Positions 11,643 to 22,740 of a DNA stretch of 64,000 nucleotides are shown here, in pieces. The stretch comes from Nemertoderma westbladi (taxonomy: Eukaryota > Animalia > Xenacoelomorpha): contig JAUCBJ010008826.1 in NCBI GenBank assembly GCA_032718475.1, positions 13,667-77,666 of the forward strand, given 5' to 3'. The notes below the pieces were generated by a model, which was not told the origin of the DNA, ran no database searches, and worked only from the letters and a program-made list of their open reading frames with translations. The translations under genes and the position numbers were made by a program. Every line of letters begins with the position of its first letter. The first letter of the stretch is position 1.

Positions 11643-14600
11643 ACCCAGACAGGAGTGTGGAACGTGTGAGACCGAAGTTCAACTCACCTCCTACTGTAAG
11701 AAAGATCATCCCTCCAGTAGTAATATCAGACCCTAGGCTAGTCCAACATCGTAGGTCTATCATAGGCACTCGAGCTCAGGTCAAGCGAGACCAAGAAGCA
11801 GCGGAACAGCAGCAACACTCGAGCCGAGAACTTATTTCGCAGCGGCCCGACAGCTCCAGTAGTGAGGATACTGTAGAGCTGACACCCGAGCACGGAGCAA
11901 AGATGACAGATGCGGTTTATTCGGATCCCCTTCTCATCCTTCCTGCAGCCGTACTCACTAGGGTATTGATTGCGGTGGAGGAACACCAGATTGATTGGGC
12001 GAGAAGTAAGCGATCGACTAAGGATAGTTATGCGGGATACACAAGGGAAGAACTGAAGTCTATTGTCGAGTCGCAATGGAACTTCCCCGGACCCAGACTC
12101 CCGCTTGACTTATCGGAAGCTGCCTGGGAAGACATACACAGGATGGGAGTAACCAAGGAAACCATCGATCCAGCTGTGTGGAAGAGGTCCGCAGCAGGAT
12201 ACGTACAGGGATTCTTCAGCTCCATGGAGCGATTAGAGGAACAATTGTTTAGACAACCACAAGGACCTCAAGAGCAGGGAGAGCTGCTTTATCAAGTTCG
12301 AGAAAGAATTCTAAGAATCAGACTAATCCTATCGGCCTTTGAGGAGGCTTCGAAAAGAAAACAAGGCACGTCGTTGCAAGTTGCCGTAAAGACTTGGTTT
12401 CAGCGAGTGAGTCTCAAAGTTCAAGGAACTGCCCAGTGGAAATCTCAGCTGGCTGAGCGCTCAACTCATGGAGAATCAACAGACGCTACCTTTTCCCAAG
12501 TGGAAAGCGAAGCGACAGCAGAGAAACCGCATAAGAGGGATGCTATTGACATCTATCTGTCAGACTATCAACGCTTTGTAGGTGATGAAGAGTTGAGGAG
12601 AAGGCTGGAGGGACTTAGCCCTAATAGTGAAGGAGCCAAGCTTGTGTTGGACGCAATCGATGCGGATATGAGAGCTGCGAACCAAGCTAAATTTGATGAA
12701 CGCCTCCACATCACTAGAGTCCAAGAAGAACAAGTAAAGAAAAAACGTATAGAAGTCAGAAAGACAGCGGCAGTGGCAGCAGCAGTGGCAGCGGCAGAAG
12801 CGGAAAGAAAAGCGACAGCGGCAGCGGCAGAGGTAGAAGCGGAAAGAAAGGCGGTAGAAATGGAAAGAAAAGCGGCGGCGGCGGCAGCGGCAGCGGCAGA
12901 GGCAGAAGCGGAAAGAAAGGCGGTAGAAGTGGAAAGAAAAGCGGCAGTGGCAGCGGCCGAAGCGGAAAGAAAGGCGGCAGTGGCAGCGGCAGAGGCAGTG
13001 GCAGAAGCAGAAAGGAGAGCGTCTGAAGAAACCACCCAACTAGAATTGGAAAACATTCAGGAGAATCAAGACTGCATAAATAAACAGTTAACAGCTAGTC
13101 AAATGCAGATGATGGGTGGATCAACTCCCAAAAGACAGGGATATACATCATCTGAGGAAGGCGATACCACCGATCTTGAAGGCTGAGGAAATAGATCTCG
13201 TCTAAGCAGACGTAGAAGAATGTCCCACCGTCAGAAATTGCCTGATTTGCACCCAGCTGTTAGAAGGCAACTAACTAACACAAATTTAGGTAGTACAGAA
13301 CCCACAGACCAAATAATTAACATAGAAAGACATAGTAGATGAGCCCGAAATAATTAGGCCTGTTCTCGAAGCCACCCCTTCGGTGATAGAGACACCTGTA
13401 CTCCCTGAACCTATCTCTAAATTCCCCCTGCACAGCATTAAGCTACCTGTGCCCAGCAGAACAGCCCATGAGACAGTTCATGTCCTGGACTCCGAGCGAA
13501 ATATTAATGATTTGTCGCCCATTGTCCCTCGTCCGCCCGCTACAACGTTGGCGACTCCCGCTTCGGCGGTCGAGTGGGTGGATGAGAGACGGCGGGGGAT
13601 GGATCTCCTGCTCGGGCAGATGCAGGAGACTGTTAAGCAGTTCAAGGGCACAGTAAGGGAAAGTAGGTTAGAGTTGCAAGAAGTGCAGCAAAGTATCGCG
13701 TTAGAACGCGATAAATTAGTAAATACACAAAAGGGTATACCACCACCCCCTGTAACAATGTGTCAACCTGTTAGGTCTGAAGTATTTCATGCGCAAGGTG
13801 TGGAGCCTACATGCATCTATACTGCTAGCGAAGTGGAAACTCCTATAGTAAACCCTATTAAGGGTAATTATAAACCTGTTGACAATGATATTCCATATAG
13901 ACTTGATAATAATCCGAGAAATTTATATACCGATAACTCGATATTAAATAACACGATGGCCCAAGAAAGTTTTACGCGTCAAATGGCTAGAACCGAAGCC
14001 CGTCAAGCGGTAAAGATGGGAGAGATCGTCAAGTTCAATGGAGATGAGATGAAATGGTTACCTTTTAATGAATATTACAAAGATAACATACAGAACTCTG
14101 TGCTATCTAACGGAGAGAAACTTAGATTCCTCATCGAGTGCTTGGAAGGATCTCCCAAGTTAATGGCGTTAAAGTTTATTGGACATCCCGATGGATTAAG
14201 ACAAGTTTGGGATACCCTAAACATCAGGTATGGTAATAGGAATAACATAGCTAGGTATTTATATGCAAAATTGGTAGCGCCCCGAAAGTTCATTAGCAGC
14301 GGGATAATAGAGTTTTCCGATGAGATTCAAGAGATCTGTAGACAATTAGATTGGCTAGGTAAGTCTCATGAATATCAGAGTTCTATGGTTATTGGAGCTG
14401 TGGCTTCTACCTTACCGAAGGGTGGAGTAGGTACACGCTGGGATAAGAAAGTGTTATATATGATGGAACAGCAACGACGAGACCCTACCATGGCTGATCT
14501 CATGTCATTCTTAGATGGAGAAGTGAAATTACAGCTCCTAAAGCAGTCCAGAGAGAAGACACCGGAAAACAAGGTAAGTGAGAAACCCGTTTCTAGGAGA

Positions 14601-15329
14601 AAGGTAACCCCAGTGTGTTATACCGACGACGGCGAAAGCCAGGCTTCTCAAGGAGAGGACAGCGGGAAAGACACTGAAAGATCTTATTATGTCAATAAAA
14701 CGCCTAAAGAACAGGTAAGTAAATTCAAGTCTCGAACCAAAGACAGGAGAGAACAGGTAAGAAAAACTCCTCCTACTTCTCCTAAGAGAATTCAGGTAAG
14801 AAAGCCCGAAGAAAGAACGAGTGTGCACAATGTTATTCAAAATAAGGTAAGTAACATCAAACCGAAATGTGTGCTATGTGACGGGACCCATCGTTTGAAT
14901 ATGTGTGATGAATTCCTAAAGAAATCATTAACGGAGAGACGGGAAGTCATGTGGGATAAGCGGTTGTGTTATAATTGCCTCAGACAAGGACACCAACGGC
15001 GAACCTGTTACTCCGACACAAGGTGTGCAAAGTGCGGTGCGAAACATCATATCTTGTTGCACACTGAATTCGAACGAAACAGCCCGAGTCAGGTAAGTGA
15101 TTCCGAACTACATGTCCAATTCAGTGATGTGAACGACACTGACCAAAGTTCTGAGATGGAAGGATTCTATACGGATGAATTCTCCGACGAAGATGAATCC
15201 TGTTACATGATAAATACCGCAGTGTATCGAGCACTTACGTATGAAAAAGACACAGACAGCGAGCTCACCCTAACTACTTCTGATCGACAACCATCTTGGA
15301 AAGCACTAACTTCCAATGTAGGAATCTGA

Positions 15330-16607
15330 GAATTTCCTGTAGTACAGTTAAGGGTCCACGGACCTAAGAGGAGTTATATAGTGAACGCCCTCCTTGACTC
15401 CGGTAGCACAGGAACATTCATCGACAAAGAACTAGCCGAAGACATCTTTGCTGGACAACACAAGTTCCGAACTAAGCTAAACATGTCAGGAATTATGCAG
15501 GTTTGGAAATCTACAGTAATAGCGGATTATTATGTAGGTGCGTTGTCCACCCCCCAGGATGAACTAGGAGAACACAGCATAAGGTCAGTAAAAATGGTGG
15601 CGATAAAGAACTTCGCTACCAGCCAAGTAGAACCTTATAACTGGGATGAGGACGATTTCACCCAGCAGTTTGATATACCTAGATTCAACACCGATTACCC
15701 TGGAGTGCAAATACTCATCGGTCAAAATGCGCACGAGGCGCTCGAGACATTGGAGAAACGGCCTGCTCAACCGCAACCACTACAAGCTTATGCGGGAAGA
15801 ACTAGAGTGGGTTGGTACTTTACTGGCCCTTCCCGTAGAACTCTCATGGAAAGATTACCGAAAGATCAGGTATATCAAGTAAGAGAATGGGAAGCGGAGA
15901 GCAGTGAGGTAGACGACCCAACTGAGGGAACACCATACTCCTCAGATAATGACGATATTAACTCCAATGTAGATCAATGGAGACATTGCCCCAAGACGAT
16001 TAATCTGGCCGACATCGCTTCCAGAGGAGCAACTCCTCAAGAACTGACAGATACTCCAGACAGGTTAGGTGGACCCGATTTCCTAAGTAGAGAAGATGAA
16101 TGGCCTCCTCATCTTACCACGGCTGAGATTAGACAAGCCAAGGGAGCGGAGAAAGTCAAACCTAAAACCCGGACGAGTAAATCAAGGTTATTTAAACCCG
16201 TGATAGATCTGTCTGTACTACACATTGCCAGGGACGACGCTGTGGATCTAAACTCCCCCACCACGAACCGATCTGTTGTGGAGATCAGAGAGAGAGACTG
16301 GAGATCTGGAACACCAGACGTCTCGCCGGGACTCTCACCTCTCCTGCCGGGAGCGATGGACCACTATAGATCCTGGAATCGGCTTTGTAAGGCCGTCGTG
16401 TATTTGAAGCGATGTTTCTATCGTCACTATTCCAGGACGAAGAGGAAACCTGGAATTGTCTTCGAGATACAGCAGCTCAATCGCCCAGTTGGTCGTTTAT
16501 GTTTACTGGAAAGAGACCGAGAACTGTCCGGAAACTATGGAAGGCAAGATACTCTTCCCACGACCACCTCCCTAATCCAACAAACATCTAGGGACTCCCC
16601 AACGTAA
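15330..16607 (+). pseudogene. pol: Truncated Pol of copy A: aspartic protease fused in frame to an RNase H-distal segment and the Pol C-terminus; RT and IN deleted
   Basis: ALLDSGS protease motif. DQWRHCPKTINLADIASRG motif. Comparison with copy B shows jumps at ~15960 and ~16440. Confidence 0.88.
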
Positions 16608-18065
16608 CATCGTCTGGAGTGGGTGTGTGACTATATTATTTTATATTCTTATTATTTTATATTTATGTATGTATTATTATGTAATTTTATTATAATCATT
16701 TTCTTTAATTTTATTTAGTAGAATGTTATTTTAGCGATTATTTAGTAGATTAGTGCAATATATATTAGTGTTTATTACTTAATTACTTATATATTATATA
16801 TTTACAGCGACGGCGAGAAATAATTCTTTTTCTCTTTCCTTACTGTCCGTGTTACATTACAAATACGTAACTACAGTAAGATGAAATATCCGTACTTATT
16901 AAAGTACAATAAAGCCACTACTATATTCAAGTATTATTGGTAGGCAGAGTATTAGGAATGCAAAGTTCAGATCCTCGTGTCTCGGCTAAACCAAGCTCTG
17001 GGTAGACCTTGGAAACGACTTGCCTCTTCACACTGACATTGCTTCGTGCGATATTGCTCTTCTACTTTATATTAAATAATACATATAGTAGCGTGATGTC
17101 CCTCTAACAGTAGCGTGAAACGCAAATAAATCTGTTAAACCTTTTGACCATCTGTAATTCTAGTCGATTAAGATATCGCGGCACCCACCGATATACTTGA
17201 AAGACAAATTCTAGAATCAGTGGTTAACGTCCCCAGACAAGTTCTGGAATAAACTGGTGCCCATCCTAAATATTAATTATTAATATTTACAAAATCTGTC
17301 AAATTTTAGATCCTTTAAAATTCTAGTCTATTAAGATATCGTAGCACTTACCGATATTCTTAAAAAGACCAATTTCCTAGAATCAAGGATCCTAGTCCCC
17401 AGACATGTTCTGGAATAAAATTGTGTCTATTTAATATTAAATAATAAAATTTACGGGAATAAATTTAAATTCATATTTTAATGAATTTGATAAATTGTCA
17501 TTTTTATGCAATTTATAACATTCCCAAAATTCCATAAATTAATAGATCATGGGAGCGGAGATTCACCCTATTAAGTATATTAGTGTGCGAGAATCTCCAA
17601 TATGTAGTCAATAGCCGATAAAATTCATAAAATCATGTATAGAGAGGATATTGACCATTAAAGAATTACTATTAAATAGCATCCCAGATCTGTATGCATG
17701 AGAATTACCCTAATTCTACCGCTAGCTTTCCATAATGTCACCATGGCAACAACCACGCTAGAATTAGAAGTGAGTCCAAAGAACAATAAAGCTTGCCCAT
17801 TGAATAGCATAAGGAATAAAATAGCACACTACTAGTATCCCAGGATACCCAATAATAACGTGGCATTCTGGAAGGCACTGACTAATGGACAAATGGCCCG
17901 AATGTGTGCGATTTGTGACAGTTGTGTGGATTTTGTGCGTTTATAGGTGAATGTTACTACTAAAGTGTGTTTACAGTAGCGAGTCGCAATTGTGAAAGTA
18001 GCCCTAACTCTCCAGTAAGAACCTGAAGTAAATCTAAGCCTTTGGGACGGACGGTGGAGTGACTC

Positions 18066-18136
18066 GCGCTGGTTGTTGTAGTCGTTGTGCAGCTACGACG
18101 TTGGCGATAGGCACATCGGCGAAAGTACACCAGCGC
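18066..18136 (+). ncRNA. Conserved 71-nt RNA hairpin upstream of the accessory ORF (copy A)
   Basis: Outer stem GCGCTGGT/ACCAGCGC plus a 17-position inner stem. Compensatory changes relative to 41829-41899. Confidence 0.6.
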
Positions 18137-18236
18137 TGAGGATCTTGCGCTGTCCGGGGGCTGAGAGGGGTAGGCAGCGACGCTCGCTAGCCTAAATATA
18201 AACTCATTATAATATTGATAAACTCATATAGCAGAT

Positions 18237-19593
18237 ATGACTGAGTTGATAGAAGATGATCTTGGTATCAGGGAGCGATATACTCTACCTTTACAAACGT
18301 TTGTTGATAGCTTGATATGCGGCGACGCTGGTCCAACTACTACAGAGGACGATGGTCGTTATATCGAACCGCCAATGTCCCAGGAGCAACTTACGCGTGA
18401 ATTGGACTATAGAAACTTCACCGCTCGCTATACGCATCGTAATGGTATGCATATGGACTTCTTAACTACTGGTCATCCTATCGATTTACACGATATGGAC
18501 GATGTCGACACCGAAAGGGAAATGGTACTGTTTGAGTATCCTACCCAGCGGAGTCGGAATGATAAACTGAAAATCGAATGCGAAAATTCTATTCGAAATC
18601 GACTCGAAAGAGAAGACATTAAAGAACCGGATAAACGCGGTAACTCCAACGTATATTTGGAATTCTTGAGAGAAACATTGTAAAACCGAATAAATATCAC
18701 CCGCGTTTCCCCTACAAGATGTGCGTCTTTGGTATTATTGCAATGAATGCCCAAGACCCAACCAACAAACGGAAAGACATAAACATCCGTAGAGACGTTG
18801 CTTTAAACACGGTTACTCGCTATATTTACGGGAGTTTCGAGCGAAACTTGTTCGATGTATCACCTACGCTCGCTCGATTCAAACAATCCTTAAATAAACC
18901 TATGATCAGAGTTCCGGAATACTCGGTCAGACCTCCTCATTCCCTAGTTAGACCTCAGACTCTTGATCCTAATAGTATCATGGATCCTCCCGAACTGTAC
19001 TCACTGTTCAAAGATCTAGTGCTACCCGAACAGTTAGTCGGTGGCACTCCGGTTGTGGGCTCCCTAAATATTCGCCCATCTTACCTAGTCGGATTGGGAC
19101 GCGGACATCTAATATCGTCATTCAACCGTATCATCGTCCCTGTTTAACCCGATACAACCTGTCACCGAAGCGGAGGAAAGAGTTGTACGAAACGCGTTGG
19201 ACACTATTCGTCAAAAGATCGGAAAATGAACCTACAATTGTTTAGAGAAACGTAAATTGCAGCAGCAAGTCCAAGCAGTAAACGAATTAATTTTATCTCA
19301 GTTCGATCAGGAAATTCAGAATCTCTAAGAAGATATCGAACTTGGACGACCCTATTCTCTGCAAGAGTTTTGGACAAACGCATCCAACGATAAGCAGAGG
19401 AAAATCAGCTCGAGGAGAAGCATATCGAAATGGACGAGACATCGACCGTAACCCTAAACCTTCAGATGCAATTGTATTGCACCCTTTACCCAGGAGTTAT
19501 AGCCCTCCTAGTAAAGTGGCTCGCCCCAAAGAGAAAAGGACTCTTGCTAGCCTCAAAAAACTGCGTAAACGCCGTCCGCGTAAGAAAGACTAA
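18237..19593 (+). pseudogene. Deleted and frameshifted remnant of accessory ORF3 in copy A
   Basis: The start MTELIEDDLGIRERY... and the end ...KKLRKRRPRKKD both match copy B. There is a small deletion near 18680 and a ~2.7-kb deletion near 19440 that removes the exonuclease and knuckles. Confidence 0.88.
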
Positions 19594-19662
19594 CTGTTTA
19601 GAGTATTTTTATATTTTAGAAACTGTGATTTTTTATATTTTATAGACTTAAATCCCATTTTC

Positions 19663-19671
19663 TGGGAGCGG
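19663..19671 (+). promoter_or_regulatory. Short polypurine tract before the 3' LTR
   Basis: TGGGAGCGG immediately precedes the TGT of the 3' LTR. Same sequence in copy B at 37397-37405 on the minus strand. Confidence 0.65.
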
Positions 19672-20837
19672 TGTAAAAGCTTTTGCGGAATTAGCCAGTT
19701 ATTTTCCCCGTAAAGTACTCTGTAGTTGGTTTAACAGGCAAAAAAGGCCGTATCCTTACTGTACTGGTGTTTTAGTGGACATAAAAAGCCATTTATTCTG
19801 TATGTGTACTTTAGCGGACATAATTAGCAATTCTATGACGCAATGCGCTAGATCCTCTTGAAACAGTGTAGTTACTATGACGACAGCTAACAGCTGAGCT
19901 GTACACGTGTAGCTTTTTCCTTGTTCTCTGGTGTTTCTTTGTTCGGTCAACCAATCAGAGCGATTCTCCTGCTTTTTGTACAGAAACCTCCGGGAAATCG
20001 CGCAATGCATTATGGGTCAATGTTTACATTTTGTCCTGAGCCCAGAAGACCGGCTTTTGGAATCTCTGTGTTTTCAGTCTTTAGCCCAACATTAGTAGGC
20101 TTAATTATAGAACGTATATCTGTTATCTCACTCACCTAATCATATTGTCAACTACAAACACCGCATTTTTACTGCTATTTACTGTCGGTTATTCATTATA
20201 TCAGTGATGGAATATTATTATATTTGGAATACCGATAAATAATTACAAAACCCTCAATCTTCTTGATATACTGAAGGTAAGAGAGACCGGTTACATATAA
20301 CGATTGCGACTTACATTAAAGTGGTTTTGAAGTGAATCTAATGCTATTTCATAGGCACTACATGTATTGGTTGTTGTTCTCTTTATATGTGACTAAAATT
20401 AGTGAAGGTCGGCAGATCGGTGTGCAGCATTGTGCAGTATTGTGTGTGATTGTGACTGATAACAAAGCATCTCCTAAAGAATGCGCCATATACGTGAATC
20501 TATAGCCATCCCGTTGTGTCTAGTTTAAGTCATAACTCTGTTTACATATTTAGAGCGCCACGTCCTAAAGGAACTGTTAATATTTCCTGAAAGTGAATAA
20601 TATTTGTCAGAGATTATATATTACGATCAATCGAATAATACAGTAGGCCTACACCGCAATACGGTTAGGCTTCCGAATCCAGTCTCCCGGGTATATCCAG
20701 CGGGTGAATGGTCGCGCATAGACTGGCTTTGGCTAATGTAGTGTATGAAATACTCGTCATAGGCTAAAGACGATTCATTATCTAGGAGACATCCCAATTT
20801 GGCAGGTTAAACTGCTAAAGGTCTAAAAGCGCGAACA
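19672..20837 (+). repeat. 3' LTR of copy A
   Basis: Direct repeat of 6690-7856. Confidence 0.95.
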
Positions 20838-20949
20838 CATCGTCCTCTTCTTCTTCATCTTTTTCACTCAGATTTTCCTCATTTTCTAGAGGTAACTGTT
20901 TTTGTATCCCTTTCAAAATATTCATAACTTTATGAAATTTATTTTCCAT
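20838..20949 (-). pseudogene. 5' part of the acidic repeat protein gene split by copy A
   Basis: MENKFHKVMNILKGIQKQLPLENEENLSEKDEEEEDD continues in frame into EMENVNSEGQDE at 6684 downward. Confidence 0.55.
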
Positions 20950-21639
20950 TGTCTGTTTTACCTTATCTTTAATATATCAGGCTGCATCTCTCTTTTTCTT
21001 TTCATCTTCACTAAAAATATCTTCGGATTTTTTAAATTTTTTTGATAACGGATCCATTAGTTTTCCCTTCTATGTGTTTCCATATCACGAGATAGATTGC
21101 CTTGTCTCATTTCTTTATTACAAACCATACAACTTTCATGTCTATGCATTATATAGCAATGTCAATTGATAGTATTGAATTTTAGCTAAATGATTTTACA
21201 AAATTTTAAATAAATAAAGCTTTTGTGAAAATAAATAAATCTTTTTAAAATAAAAATTAGAGAATGAATGGGAATGCGGTGATGTCCGTATTATAGAGGG
21301 AGGCTAGAAAGGAATATCCAATCAGAGTGCGAGGGTGAGTTAGGCAGCCAATCAGGACTCGAGGGAGGAAAGTTAGGCAGCCAATGAGAGAGCAGATGCG
21401 AGTACAGTGGTAAAGCTCATCCATGGTGAGATAACGTCACACTAACTCTCAAGGATAGTTATACTCACCATTCAAATATCCCTCGCAAACCAGATTCCCC
21501 CAGCATCTAAAGTATTCCACTTCAAAGCAAAATATATAGAGCTTTAGTTGGATTTGAACCTGTGCTTGTAAACTCTTTTGTGCTCGTATATTGAAATTTA
21601 TTGTTCATATAATGCAATATAACTCGGCTATTTAGTCTG

Positions 21640-22740
21640 TGCTTCAGTGAGGCATAGTCTATGCCTCAGTGCCTCAGTGAGGCCTAGTCTATGCCTCAGT
21701 GCCTCAGTGAGGCATAGTCTATGCCTCAGTGAGGCATAGTCTGTGCCTCAGTGAGGCATAGTCTATGCCTCAGTGAGGCTTAGTCTCTGCCTCAGTGAGG
21801 CATAGTCTTTGCCTCAGTGAGGCATAGTCTGTGCCTCAGTGAGGCATAGTCTGTGCCTCAGTGAGGCATAGTCTATCCCTCAATGAGGCATGGACTATGC
21901 CACAGTGAGTCATAGTCTATGCCTCAGTGAGTCATAGTCTATGCCTCAGTGACTCAGTGAGGCATAGTCTATGCCTCAGTGCCTCAGTGAGGCATAGTCT
22001 ATGCCTCAGTGCCTCAGTGAGGCATAGTCTGTGCCTCAGTGCCTCAGTGAGGCATAGTCTGTGCCTCAGTGAGGCATAGTCTGTGCCTCAGTGCCTCAGT
22101 GAGGCATAGTCTGTGCCTCAGTGCCTCAGTGAGGCATAGTCTGTATCAGGTCTGAAATGAGAGTCTTACAAATTCGAATGGCAACGAACAAATTCGAAGG
22201 TTACTGTTCCACCTTGGTGTAGTGGTTGCGTTGAATTCACATCTCTCTCCCGTATGTCATGGGTTCGATCCCTGCATGAACCAGGGCAGTTTTCGTTCTC
22301 AGTGTCTCGTTCAGTGCCTCAGTGAGGCATAGTCTATGCCTCAGTGAGGCATAGTCTGTGCCTCAGTGAGGCATAGTCTATGCCTCAGTGAGGCTTAGTC
22401 TCTGCCTCAGTGAGGCATAGTCTTTGCCTCAGTGAGGCATAGTCTGTGCCTCAGTGAGGCATAGTCTGTGCCTCAGTGAGGCATAGTCTATCCCTCAATG
22501 AGGCATGGACTATGCCTCAGTGAGTCATAGTCTATGCCTCAGTGAGTCATAGTCTATGCCTCAGTGACTCAGTGAGGCATAGTCTATGCCTCAGTGCCTC
22601 AGTGAGGCATAGTCTATGCCTCAGTGAGGCATAGTCTGTGCCTCAGTGCCTCAGTGAGGCATAGTCTGTGCCTCAGTGAGGCATAGTCTGTGCCTCAGTG
22701 AGGCATAGTCTGTGCCTCAGTGCCTCAGTGAGGCATAGTC
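21640..22740. repeat. Expanded quasi-palindromic minisatellite in the right TIR, within a ~600-bp tandem duplication
   Basis: Units TGAGGCATAGTCTATGCCTCAG with optional TGCCTCAG 8-mers. The unique segment CTGTATCAGGTCTGAAATGAGAG occurs at 22141 and 22740. Confidence 0.9.

Larger units (their letters stand above)
10054..15329 (+). pseudogene. gag: BEL/Pao Gag of copy A, disrupted
   Basis: ATG at 10054 (MSDTKQ..., same as copy B). Interrupted by the insertion at 10112-11642, TGA at 13184, a frameshift near 13330 and TGA at 15327. Gag core FNGDEMKW...EKLRFLIECLEG...LNIRYGN. Knuckles CVLCDGTHRLNMC / CYNCLRQGHQRRTC / CAKCGAKHHILLH. Confidence 0.9.
6690..20837 (+). mobile_element. BEL/Pao LTR retrotransposon, internally deleted non-autonomous copy (copy A)
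   Basis: Direct LTRs 6690-7856 and 19672-20837 with TG...CA ends. TSD CATCG at 6685-6689 and 20838-20842. Gag with the BEL/Pao triple Cys-His knuckle and protease ALLDSGS. RT and integrase are missing. Confidence 0.95.

Noticed and set aside
12560-13056. Cys/Arg-rich and Ala/Ser-rich antisense ORFs
   Set aside because: Shadow frames of the GCN-rich AEAERK repeat in gag.
5154-21507. Separate inner TIR transposon defined by the ~130-bp inverted repeat 5154-5284 / 21377-21507
   Set aside because: No TSD was found. It is more simply the inner part of the Polinton-like TIR with a deletion in the left arm.
21640-22740. CRISPR-like appearance of the palindromic repeat array
   Set aside because: Units are contiguous with no unique spacers, there are no cas genes, and the context is eukaryotic TE sequence.
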